From assembly GCF_006345805.1 (NCBI RefSeq), contig NC_043018.1, positions 3,286,001-3,350,000 on the forward strand: a DNA stretch of 64,000 bases, read 5' to 3'. Source of the DNA: Octopus sinensis. Lineage: Eukaryota. This document shows positions 27,876 through 40,549 of the stretch, one piece after another. The position numbers and the translations under genes were made by a program. The first letter of the stretch is position 1; each line of letters begins with the position of its first letter. The notes beneath the pieces are model-generated. The model made no database searches and had not been told where the DNA came from. It was given only the letters and a program-made list of their open reading frames with translations.

Positions 27876-28066
27876 AGTATATATATATATATATATATAT
27901 ATAATACATCATATATATATATACATCTATATATACATTTATATATATATATTTATATTTATATATACTAAAATACTTATATTTTTAGGGATATATATAT
28001 TATATATATATATATACATATATACATGTAATATAAAAGTGTATACACAAAGACAACACACACACC

Positions 28067-28112
<46 letters not shown>

Positions 28113-28188
28113 GCAGGTACCTATAATATGTATATATATATACACTTGTATATATATATATATATATATAGTGTGTTGTATGTGTGTG

Positions 28189-28237
<49 letters not shown>

Positions 28238-28520
28238 GTATGTACACACAACCACAGAGAAAGAGTGGGAGAGAGGGAAAGAAAGGAGTAGAGAGAGAAG
28301 AAGATAAATGTAAAGTGTGCGTGTGGGAAGAGGTTTTCAGGAGTTGGATATTTTTACGTATAAAAATCTTTAGAGTGTAATCGAAACTATTCTGGTTTAC
28401 GTCGTTTATGTAATTCTGTGTCATTCAACGTTGTCGTGTTTTACTTACTCATTCATTCATTGTTGTTTTGGTATAAAACTAACTGTTTACGAGTAAGTGT
28501 ATGTATGTGTCTATTATATA

Positions 28521-28557
<37 letters not shown>

Positions 28558-28878
28558 ACTGTATGTGTTATTCTGAGTGTATCCCTGTCTATCCGTGCCT
28601 TTGTGTGAGCATGTGTGTATGTGCGTATGTATAGTTTATACAATATAATATATATTATGTGTGTGTGTGTGTGTGTGTATATTGTGTGGTGCATATGAAT
28701 AACGTATATATCTATCTATATATATATATATATATATCAATACATATATATATATGCACATAGACACACGTATGGTTTTAGGCCCATATGCACATGTCTA
28801 TTTATAATATATGTACAATTACACACCTATATATACATGTGAGTGTCTACATATATACATACATAAATATCTGTGTTG

Positions 28879-28910
<32 letters not shown>

Positions 28911-28942
28911 GTGTGTGTGTGTGTGATGTGTGTGTATGTATT

Positions 28943-28984
<42 letters not shown>

Positions 28985-29899
28985 TACACATAAATATATA
29001 AAGAAAATAGAAATGGAGAGAGGAGTGGGGCAGACAGTGAGTGATAATGATGCTAAGAAACAAAAACATGCATGGTTTTGATACTCAAAAGATACATATA
29101 TATTAATAGTTATTTGCTTTGCAAACAACTTGCACATGCAAGTGCTACCAGTCTAGAACTCCGCATACCAGAAGCCAACAAGTGTATGGCGTTATCAATA
29201 GAGAATGCACGCCGTTTCGAGGCTACCTCTCGACGGCATTAATGAGTACTGGCCCCCACCCATTCATATGAGGCCCCGCTTGCTATATCAACTGATGATT
29301 ATCAAAGGATTAGGGAAAATTACTTCTTGGAAATTTCCAATGATTAGGGTACTTCCTGGAAAGTTCCGAAGATTAGTGTTCTTTCTTGATAGTTCCGAGG
29401 ATTAGCCATCAAAACTTTCCGAGGCTGGCATTCAAAACTTCTTAACGACGGACTGCAAAGTACTGGCAGTTTAACGGCCAGCGCAAAATTTTGAACTTAA
29501 TGTAAAAGAAAAGTTTTGAAGTGATTCTTTGTCACGACAGTAGACTCACCATGGCAGGCATTCAAAACTTCATGACGGACGGCAACACATTGACGATTTA
29601 AAGGCTGGCGCAAATTTTTTAGCTTGATGTAACAGAGAATTCCTAAACACCCCATCCTGTAAATTTTAATCCCCTTCCAGCCATATTTAGACTCATTTTC
29701 ACATAAAAATTCAATTTCTATCAATGTAATAATTGACCGTTCTAAAAGACCTGTGGCGGGAATATTTAAACTTTTGCGGCTGTCATCGCTTACGCTCTAT
29801 TGATACAGACAGACGTACAGTGAGAGAGATGATGGGAGAAATAGTGACAGAGAGACGGGGAAGCTGTCAAACGTCGTTATAGAAAGAAAGTGCAAAGAA

Positions 29900-30140
29900 G
29901 GAAGGAAAGAGGGAGATGGAGGAAGACAGGCTGATATGCTAATGTGAGAAACAACAAACACTTGTCAAAGTGTGGGTTTTGTTCGCCTAGTAATCACAGC
30001 TTTTGAGATAGGGGTGTCTAAAGTGGTCCACACACTTCCTCGCCTTTTTTTACATGTCCCTGTAGATTTTAGAGCCAATCCGACCCCATCTAGTACCCCT
30101 TAACTCGTTCCAATCCGAACGCTTTTCGCATTTCAGCTTT
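29900..30140. repeat. Dispersed ~250 bp repeat; second copy inverted at 46245-46500
   Basis: cacagcttttgagataggggtgtctaaag...acatgtccctgtagatttt shared; both copies end in (TA)n. Confidence 0.8.
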
Positions 30141-30358
30141 ATATATATATATATATATATATATAAACATGTATAACATGTGTATATACATACATACGTA
30201 TATATGCATATATATACACACACATACATATATATGCACACATATATGTATGAATATCTACATATATACACATATATACAATACATGCCTACATATATAT
30301 ATATATAATATATATCTATATATATATATACGGGTGTGTGCATGTATGCCTACAGATG

Positions 30359-30410
<52 letters not shown>

Positions 30411-30539
30411 AAAATATATAAGCATGTATGTATTTATGTATGAGTTTTTCTCTATGTGTATGCACCTATATTATATTATAATATAATCACTGCGACTTAA
30501 TGTTGCCATAAATCCAAAAACCGATGTACCTATCCGTCC

Positions 30540-30659
30540 GATAAAATAAGCACTAGGCTGACAAGAGATATAAGTGCTGGGTCGATTTGCTCTACTAGAG
30601 GCGATGCTCCAGCATGGCCCTAGTCAAATGATTGAAACAAGTAGAAGAATAAAAGAATA

Positions 30660-30660
<1 letters not shown>
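30540..30660 (+). mobile_element. SINE family A, 3' part
   Basis: gtcgatttgctc...gctccagcatggcc..agtcaaatgattgaaacaagtagaagaataaaagaat. Confidence 0.75.
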
Positions 30661-30701
<41 letters not shown>

Positions 30702-30704
<3 letters not shown>

Positions 30705-30865
30705 CCAATTAAGGACTGAACACGAAAAGTGGACAGTCAACATGCTAGATATAGACGTCAAATCGCCATTCTCCACAAAGAGTATGTACTCTTTGTGGAG
30801 AATGGCGATTTGACGTCTATATCTAGCATTGATGTCCCATTTCGTGTTCAGTCCTTAATTGGTAT
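30702..30865. repeat. Near-perfect palindrome (~80 bp arms, 2-nt spacer)
   Basis: ...ctccacaaagagta TG tactctttgtggag...; arms extend to ataccaatt/aattggtat. Confidence 0.92.
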
Positions 30866-30958
30866 ATAAATATTTTAATCTTCGGATTCTTTTTAATATG
30901 CTAGACCACTGGTTTTAATTGACTAATATCAATTTCTACCCTTAATTAATTTTATATA

Positions 30959-30998
<40 letters not shown>

Positions 30999-31189
30999 AC
31001 ATTATATAAAAGGGCTTAGTAAAATAAATTACTTTGCCACATACTGAACTCATTAGAAATAGCAGGTAAAAAAATTTTTTAGCTATTTCTAATACTTAAA
31101 GAAAATCTCTCTCAGATAGTGTTTGCTCAAACCAACTCACGAAGGTATGGGGGTAAAAACATTAAAAAATCACAAAAGCAAAGGTTATT

Positions 31190-31241
31190 TGAGAACGTAC
31201 GTTTCTAGATTAGTCAAATCGACATTTCTTTCGTCAGCTCA
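31190..31241 (-). ncRNA. Type I hammerhead ribozyme (variant), copy 1
   Basis: Minus strand UGAG-CUGACGA-[A AGA..GUC GAUUU GAC..UCU A]-GAAAC-GUAC-GUU/CUCA. Confidence 0.68.
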
Positions 31242-31749
31242 GAACTCCTTGATTCGGATTTGGGAACACTGAAAGTGGGAGCATACCCTTTTGGCTTCTT
31301 ATCACCTCCGGAAGTCCGCTCGAACTAAACAGTGCCAACAAATTCAAAATATGCAAGCGAAGAATTTCTGCTCTCCCCTTTCCGCCAGCGTGGGTTAACA
31401 TTGGCAAACACTATGTTTTATCGGTAAAAACCGGAGCATCAAACAGAGAGAAATGAATTATAATTTCAACAATTGAGGGTAAAATTAATTAATTACTAAT
31501 CAATTTCACCAAGTATTCAGTATGTAAAGGGACCATTTAAGGCGAATTCAAAATATTACATTATATAAAAGGGCTTAGTAAAATAAATTACTTTGCCACA
31601 TACTGAACTCATTAGAAATAGCAGCTAAAAAAATTTTTTTAGCTATTTCTAATACTTAAAGAAAATCTCTCTCAGATAGTGTTTGCTCAAACCAACTCAC
31701 GAAGGAATGGGGGTAAAAACATAAAAAAATCACAAAAGCAAAGGTTATT

Positions 31750-31801
31750 TGAGAACGTACGTTTCTAGATTAGTCAAATCGACATTTCTTTCGTCAGCTC
31801 A
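31750..31801 (-). ncRNA. Type I hammerhead ribozyme (variant), copy 2
   Basis: Identical to copy 1, 560 bp away. Confidence 0.68.
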
Positions 31802-32411
31802 GAACTCCTTGATTCGGATTTGGGAACACTGAAAGTGGGAGCATACCCTTTTGGCTTCTTATCACCTCCGGAAGTCCGCTCGAACTAAACAGTGCCAACA
31901 AATTCAAAATATGCAAGCGAAGAATTTCTGCTCTCCCCTTTCCACCAGCGTGGGTTAACATTGGCAAACACTATGTTTTATCGGTAAAAACCGGAGCATT
32001 AAACAGAGAGAAATGAATTATAATTTCAACAATTGAGGGTAAAATTAATTAATTACTAATCAATTTCACCAAGTATTCAGTATGTAAAGGGACCAAATAA
32101 TCTAGAAACGTACGTTCTCAAATAACCTTTGCTTTTGTGATTTTTTAATGTTTTTACCCCCATACCTTCGTGAGTTTGTTTGAGCAAACACTATCTGAGA
32201 GAGATTTTCCTTAAGTATTAGAAATAGCTAAAAAAATTTTTTTAGCTGCTATTTCTAATGAGTTCAGTATGTGGCAAAGTAATTTATTTTACTAAGCCCT
32301 TTTATATAATGTAATATTTTGAATTCGCCTTAAATGGTCCCTTTACATACTGAATACTTGGTGAAATTGATTAGTAATTAATTAATTTTACCCTCAATTG
32401 TTGAAATATAT

Positions 32412-32480
<69 letters not shown>

Positions 32481-32626
32481 ACTTATAAATAAGGGCAAAC
32501 GAAAAGATTTCTAATGCCAAATATGCGAAAATTGGACATATTGTCCATAACCATATAATTTTTCACAATACGCACGCTACTCGAAAAAAACCTGACAGAA
32601 ATTTCTAAAAAATTCCATTATTACCA

Positions 32627-32679
32627 TATCCGACCGATTTCAGGTTTAGTTCGTAAGAACCCTCCGTTCGTCAGTGATA
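32627..32679 (-). ncRNA. Degenerate hammerhead-like motif
   Basis: Minus strand UAUCA-CUGACGA-...-GAAAUCGGUC-GGAUA; stems I and II imperfect. Confidence 0.35.
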
Positions 32680-33013
32680 AATGTGGCAAAGAAATTTATG
32701 TGCATATATATATGTGCATGTTTTCATGTATCTGCGAGTGTACGCGCTTGCGTATGTACATAATCCCAAATATTATTTTGGGATTTATGGAAGCAACTGT
32801 CTTCGAAGTCTCATGTTGCCGTTGAATGCTCGGAATGAGGAGTAGATAGACAACCGACAACTGATGAAGGATTCTTTCTCTGTGCTTACTTCTCCTGTTT
32901 TCCATTTTCTTTTCTCTCGTTGTTTGCATATTTAACTCGTTTGGTTTCCGTGCTTGATATTGTTTACACAGCTGGTGACTCCTATACTCATATATGCATA
33001 CATACATAAATAC

Positions 33014-33045
<32 letters not shown>

Positions 33046-33318
33046 TATGTAGTATGTATATAGATGTATGTATATATATAATATATATATATATGTATAT
33101 ATATCTCTATATATATATATATGTTTTAATATAGTATGTATTATATATATATATATATATATTGTATATATATATATATATATACGTTCATAGTGTGCTA
33201 AATTTTTCTTGAGAACAATTCTTAGTGGTTGAGACCCGCGGGATCTATCTTTAGCATAGGAGCGTCACATAGTGATTCTCTCTCATGTTTGTATATATAT
33301 ATATATCTATTATAATAA

Positions 33319-33637
33319 TATAAAATATTATTAGAGACAAAACCACTATTTTCAAAACAAACAAGGAAAGACTTAATCAATACATAAAATTTTAATAAAT
33401 AGTCAAAAAACCCGCCACTACAATGTTTCTTGTCTTGATCGACAATCTCAGGTGGACTTCCAATAAGTCAGTTTCAAATTTGAAACTGTTATTGGAAGTC
33501 CACTGAAGATTGTCGATCAAGACAAGAAACAATTGTAGTGGTGGTTTTTTTGACTATTTATTAAAATTTTATGTATTGATTAAGTCTTTCCTTGTTTGTT
33601 TTGCAAATAGTGGTTTTGTCTCTAATAATATTTTATA
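33319..33637. repeat. Long palindrome (~160 bp arms, no spacer) with a decayed HHR in each arm
   Basis: Centre caaa/tttg at 33478-33479; HHR-like motifs at 33500-33541 (+) and 33415-33455 (-). Confidence 0.9.
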
Positions 33638-33712
33638 ATATTTTACTATAAATTGGATTTAATCCTAAATCTGATTTTTTTCCCTGTAAATTTGGATTTA
33701 TTCCCTAATATT

Positions 33713-33756
<44 letters not shown>

Positions 33757-34210
33757 TATATTATTTATAGTACTATTTAATTGAATGCTACACATCCATT
33801 TCCAAGTTTATAGTAGTGTATATATATAAAAAAAATTTAAGGAATATAGACACATGTGTATACAAGGTATTTGATTTCTCTTTCCTTTTCTGTGGTTTTA
33901 AAGTAAAGTAAAAGTACTACGTTTTTGATATTTCTCCTGTATTATGTCATAGAAACAAGAATTTTGTCCTATTCTCATATATAAGTGCGTTGCAAGCAAA
34001 ATCGAATTTTGCAATAACTCTTCGGGTTATTTTGTTATCTACTTATTTATTTCTCGTTTTTTTTTGTTGTTGTTTTTTACATTTACTATATTTTAATTCC
34101 ATAACTTAACACACGTGTAAAGCTGCTGGATATTTCTGTACACAACTTTGTTTTCGATTTCGTTCAATTTTTCAATTTGTGCTTGTGTGCCTCTGTGTGT
34201 CTGTGTGTGT

Positions 34211-34247
<37 letters not shown>

Positions 34248-34579
34248 TATGTGTGTTGTGTGTGTGTGTGTATCGATCTCTGATTCTCTCCAAGTTTGTT
34301 CCTCTAATTAAACACTTTCAAAACCAGTGTGATAAATATATGTTCACTGAACTAGCGTGTAATATATAATAATTTTCGTTGTTTGTTTCTTCAAGTATTT
34401 TCCGTGTGTCTGTATGGGTTTTATGTAAACGAGCGTATGTGTACGAGGAACGTTTGCGAAGATATACTATGGTGGGGTGGAACTGAACAAATATCTACAG
34501 AGGAATGGTCGTACGGTTCTAAATCCGCACGATGGATGAACTCTTTCCGAGTTGAAGATTTTTCTGTAGTTGTTTCTAT

Positions 34580-34690
34580 CTCTTATCTTTCGCTTGTTTC
34601 AGTCACTGAACTGCGGCCACGCTGGGGCACAGCCCTCAAAAGATTAGTCGAACAAAGCGATCCCCGGACTTAATTTTTAAGCCTGCTATT
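34580..34690 (-). mobile_element. SINE family A, 3' part
   Basis: cttgtttcagtcactgaactgcggccacgctggggcac. Confidence 0.7.
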
Positions 34691-34964
34691 TTTATACCAG
34701 TTGGAATTGTATAGTGGTAAAGCGATACTTTGGAGAATATGGCGTATCTCTATAAACATGGGTCTCTACAGTCGCGTGAAGGAGACAGAATTAGGGATAT
34801 GGAGGAAGAGAGAGAGAGAGAGTGTGTGTGTGGTGGTGGTGGTGGTGGGGCGTATGTGTGTGCAACCGGTGTAATTGTATCGCGGGAGAAGTATTCATTC
34901 AACTTTCATTAACTACTATCATTTTTATAGTTATCTAGTATTCTTGCCTTTTGTTAATAATATT

Positions 34965-35180
34965 AAGCAGTGAACTGGTTAGGTAGTTATGGCATCGGAT
35001 AAAATACATCGCAGTTTTGGGTTTGAATCCTTATTGTTCAGAATTCAATTCCCGCCGCGATTCACTTCAACATTTCAATTTGTCGGCGTCAATGGATATG
35101 CAGAATTGCAGACCGTCGGACTGGATACATTTGACTTTGTTCTGATTGTGCTCTGAGTTCAAATCCTGCCGAGATGTGAC
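34965..35180 (+). mobile_element. Cluster of decayed SINE B heads
   Basis: Repeated B-box-like motifs (ttcagaattcaattcccgccg; ctctgagttcaaatcctgccgag). Confidence 0.5.
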
Positions 35181-38100
35181 CTCAGTGACTGGTAAACTTA
35201 TCCGAATCCCCGTTTAATGCCACCAAATGGAAATTTGTGTACCTTTAGCGGCGCGCAGTGTGTTGTAAGCCCTTGTCCAAGTCACTGTTTTTGAGAATAC
35301 CTTCCTAATTATCTTCCACTAGACTTGGAACCCTGTAACATGCGAGGAAAGTAAACAGGAAAAATAATACCGAAACAACTGTTGTTCTATTATACCTAAC
35401 CTTGTTTTTGATGATTTGTTACTATTTAGCCTATCATAAAGCCTGATCAAGTTTACGTGTTCAACGAATTTCTACACGAAACACGCCTATCCATTAGCAA
35501 GTCTTACATAAATTATTTTAAAGGCAATAAACAAGCAAAATAAATATGGGCGCCAGTTTCTTTAAAAGCAATTCAATTACATTGTTTATTATATTCGTGT
35601 TGTGGTTGATACAGTTCGCACATACAGGCGCACGTACGGTACGGTCATGGAGACAGTAGTTGGGAGGAAAGAAAAGTGGAAAGAAACAATGACGAACAAA
35701 CCTGTGGACGGTGAAGAGATATTCAGCCGTAAACGTAAACATTCCATCATTTTAATGGCATGTATGTCTGTATTGCTTCACGTCTCATTCTTCTTATTTT
35801 TTTTTTTGTTTTTGTAAGGTTTTGGTGCATAACTTGAACCAAAATTTGACAATACCCGCTCGTTCTAGAGGATTCTGTGAGCCTACAGGTTACCTTTTCA
35901 CTCCAAGTATTGAATTTGAACATTTAGGAATTGTTTCCCCATGTAGGATGTTGTCTTTTGTTGTCATGATTATTGCTCTTGCTCGCCCCTGTTCTTGTTC
36001 ACTCCGGATCCAGCAGACCTATGCTGCAACGCATCCAAACAGCAACGATTCGTCTTCTTATAAAGTTATGGTGAATATAGGACGATATGAATTTCTTGTT
36101 TCAGTTTCTTCAGAAGACGATATGGATTGACTTCGCAGATATTTGACTGCTATTTCTATGAGATCGATAGAGTTTGCACAAACTCACTCGTCAACCTGAA
36201 TTCATCATACTCAGCTACAGATTTTAATCAATGGCTCAAAGTTGCGTGACGCCTTATTTTTATTTCTATTACTGCTTTGTTTTACTGGATTCGCATGATT
36301 CGGTAAATCTCTCCAGCTAAATAGATGCGTTTCACTGATTAATTTAACCGGTTCTTTAAGGACGAAATGCAAATTTGATCTTGGCGTAGAAAGGTCGGAA
36401 TCATTATCAACAACCTCGATTATACCTCGCTTTAAAAAGGTGTCGCGGTATGGCCGTAGACTTATAAGTGAAACTTCATTTCTTACGTTCTAAGTAGAAT
36501 AACAAGTAGAACGGTGCTGAGGTTTCTCTGGTCATGGAAACAAAGCGTGGAACGGTTGAAAAATAGAGAGAAACAATGATTCCATGGAATTCTCAAGTAG
36601 GAAACAAACGGAACATGAAATACAATCATCTGGTCCGAATGCTTACATCAGAGTGGATTCTGCGAAAAACACAAATGGGTTAAATCGTAGAATAAATGAA
36701 CTAAATGATAAATCTCTCCACTAAGGGTCAACTAAAACCAAAAATTTAGGCTGATAGTATTTGAAAAGATACAAGTAATATTGGTGATAATCTAAATCAA
36801 ACTAATCACAAGTTATTAATTACTGCTGTAATTAAAATGGTATCTACAGCTAGGAAATCTAAAAATGTTTTCTTTTAAAGCCAAGAATGAATGTCACACA
36901 ATTTCATTTCCTAGAGCCTTGCAACTTGTTGTAGTTGTTGGTGTTGTTGTATGTTCCTATATCGAACCCGTGTGAGAAAGCATTCCAACTCGATGAACAT
37001 CAATGCAACACTGTATTATGCAACAATGTCACTGATACAACCTTTTTTTAAATTTTAATTAAACGCCAATACATGATTTAAGAAAGATTTGGCTGCTATT
37101 TCTAGCAACTCAAGTTTTCACGTAGTTCCTTTTTTTTCTAGTTGTTTGTTTTAGGCTCGATGGCTTAAGAGGGGGAAAAATCAATTGAAACTATACAATG
37201 GGTTTTAGCTGTCACCTTTCATTTATGGAGGGAATTATGCAACCATGTAGAGAAGTGTGACGCCAGAAATGACTACGCCAATAGCAACAACAACAACAAT
37301 AAAGAAGAACAACAAATTTGCAAGAGCAAGAACAGTGAAATATCAACAGAGAAAGTTTTCTGCATTCTGATAACAAATTAGTGCTATCGATAAATGTTGT
37401 AAAAGCTATGAATTGCAATAATGATGGTTTCAAATATCTGATTGAAATCATTTTGAAAAGTTGAAAGGTAACGAAGCCAAAAATTTAGTAAAAGTGTTCT
37501 CATTGGATGAGAGGTACGAGAATTAATTCTTGGTGAAATATTTCTAATAGAAAAATAAAAAGCAAGTCAAAATACAAAGAAAAAAACAATAACCCTTTAG
37601 AGAAAATAAAAAAATTAGAAGCCTTTGATTTAATTCCTGAAAACTTTCTTGTCAATCTTAAACGCAGAGACTATGCCATTTTCGGGCAAAATTTATAAGA
37701 AACCTACCAAGTAATGAGCTGTCATCAGAACGACTCTATCGTTAAATATTTATTTCCAGCGCTCCTGCTTTCTTTGTTTTGTTTTTCTTTTTTTATTTCG
37801 CATTTTCCTATACGCTTATAATTATATTTTGCGTCCCTCTCAAAATTTGAAGAGGTTAGTTTTGGATATAAAGAGATTTTTACACTCAGGATTTTGTTTT
37901 TGACATTAAAAAAAATTATGTAGCAACTATTTTATGCAGATGTGATATGTGATTGCCGTTTCAGTCATAAAATGTTCCTCTAAAATGCCTTGCCAAATAA
38001 AGAGGCATTATTAAATCCTACTTTCAACATTCAATTAAGCGGATCCAAGCCTAGCTTTAACAACTTTTTACGTGGCACGGATGTGCAAACCTTTTTCTTT

Positions 38101-38496
38101 TTCTTTTTTTTGTTTTTCGCTTGAGCCAGGACCGAGAATCTAAAGATACGATTGTGGATCTGTGCTGTAAACATATAATCCAAACGGTAAACATGTGGCA
38201 ATTAAAATAAATATAGTTTAGGCAAATAAACAATGAATTCCGATGATTAGGGGATCACATATTTCATCCAAAAGTGTATAACTACTCACAAATTCACTGC
38301 TTCCGTATTTAGTTTTTGCCTTATTTATTACGCACACACACGTACACACACACACACACACACACACACGTACACACACACACTTATTCAGTTGTATCGT
38401 ACGGAAGCTTTCTACAATATCTTCCGGGAAACAAAGCTTTATAAGTGAAATTGATAAACAGGAAACCGGAAACTGTTTAACCCCGCCATTACATAC

Positions 38497-39465
38497 TTTC
38501 ATACATACATACATATATACATACATACATACATACATACATACATGCATACATACATACATACATGCATACATACATACATGCATACATACATGCATAC
38601 ATACGTACATACATACATACATACATACATACATACATGCATACATACATGCATGCATTCATACATACATACATACATACATACATGCATACATACATGC
38701 ATACATACATACATACATACATACATACATACATACATACATACATACATACATGCATGCATGCATACATACATACATACATACATACATACATGCATGC
38801 ATGCATACATACATACATACATACATACATGCATACATATATACATACATACATACATGCATACATACATACATATATACATGCATACATGCATGCATGC
38901 ATTCATACATACATACATACATACATACATACATACATACATACACTCATACATACATACATACATGCATACATACATACATACATACATGCATACATAC
39001 ATACATACACTCATACATACATACATACATACATACATACATACATGCATACATGCATGCATGCATTCATACATACATACATACATACATACATACACTC
39101 ATACATACATACATACATACATACATGCATACATGCATGCATTCATACATACATACATACATACATACATGCATACATACATACATACATGCATACATAC
39201 ATGCATGCATTCATACATACATACATACATACATACACTCATACATACATACATACATACATGCATACATACTACATACATACATACATACATATACATA
39301 CATACATACATCATACATACATACATACATACATACATACATGCATACATGCATACATACATACATACATACATACATACATGCATACATGCATGCATGC
39401 ATTCATACATACATACATACATACATGCATACATACATACATGCATACATACATACATACATACA

Positions 39466-39495
<30 letters not shown>
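38497..39495. repeat. (CATA)n array with recurrent TGCATGCATTCA and CACTCA variants
   Basis: About 1 kb tetranucleotide array. Confidence 0.95.
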
Positions 39496-39496
<1 letters not shown>

Positions 39497-39695
39497 GAGC
39501 TTTTGCTTGTGTCTGCAACTCTGTTGCGATCGGTGTTGGTTTGTTTTCGATAGAATTAGTAGCAGACATAAAACATGAAAAGTAAGATCAATTTGTTCAA
39601 CTAAAATCCAAGCATGGTAGCAATACCATGAATGAAATAGATAAAAGATATTCACACGCGCGCGCGCGCACACACACACACACACATACACACAC

Positions 39696-39740
<45 letters not shown>

Positions 39741-39885
39741 GGTATGTAGAAAAATACAACATGGACAAGAACGTATAACTCTTAGAAGACGACACAATAA
39801 ACATGGACAGGACATTCGAACCCCTCAGTCTTCAGTCAAGAACCGGATCATCGTAGTAATTTCTATATATTGAGAAAAAGGAAGC

Positions 39886-39940
39886 AGTCAGAATTTAGGA
39901 TAATCCTTTATTAATAAAGGATTATCCGAAATTCTGACTG
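39886..39940. repeat. Short palindrome
   Basis: cagtcagaatttaggataatcctttatt/aataaaggattatccgaaattctgactg, one mismatch. Confidence 0.85.
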
Positions 39941-40074
39941 GCTCATTTTTCACAACATATAATATATATACACAACTTTAAACACACACACACACACTCT
40001 CTCTCTCTCTCTCTCTCACTCTCTCTCTTCATATATATATATATATATATATACTTTTTAAAGAAGAACATTCT

Positions 40075-40530
40075 TAACAGTTACTTCGAAGTTTCAGCCA
40101 GCTAAGCAATCTTCGAAAAGCAGCAGCCGGGATCAGAGACCTCTGCATGGCAAATATATCACTCATAGCAAACAAGCTGATGTTGACCAGTCGCACACTC
40201 GCCAGTGGCTTCGAAGCTCAGAGTTAAAGGCAGCGGGTGAAGACTTCATTGCAGCTGCTCAACATCAATGCTTTTCTACCTGGAACTACGAATCCAATGT
40301 GGTGGAAAATGAAGTACATCCGAAATGCCAATTCTACCATGATGAGATTGAAACAATAGACTACTTAATATCTGGATGTAACTTCTTGGCACCAGCGGTG
40401 TATAATTCAAGACATGACAGAGTTTGTCAATATCTGCATAACGATGTTGACATTATATAATCATAACTGTTGGGAAGTGGTAGAGCACCACCCCACGGCT
40501 GTAACTGCGAGAACAAAATGTAAGAATTTA
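40075..40530 (+). pseudogene. R4/Dong-like RLE non-LTR retrotransposon fragment (post-RT region and CCHC knuckle)
   Basis: Reads PLHGKY..DVDQSHTRQWLRSSELK..EDFIAAAQHQ...PKCQFYHDEIETIDYLISGCNFLAPAVYNSRHDRVCQYLH, matching the LHG..WL..AAQDQ..CR.C..ET.DH..SGC..LA..Y..RHD pattern. Confidence 0.82.
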
Positions 40531-40549
40531 AAAAAAAATTTCCTGTACA

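Larger units (their letters stand above)
30997..32407 (-). mobile_element. HHR-containing ~560 bp tandem repeat x2 plus ~310 bp inverted copy (Penelope pseudo-LTR / retrozyme-like)
   Basis: 30997-31555 and 31556-32095 differ at about 5 positions; 32098-32407 is an inverted partial copy; non-coding; (TA)n on both sides. Confidence 0.85.

Noticed and set aside
29292-29335. CTGATGA...GAAA hammerhead-like spacing
   Set aside because: Stems I and II do not pair
38218-39873. ORFs of 130-337 aa
   Set aside because: Entirely (CATA)n microsatellite
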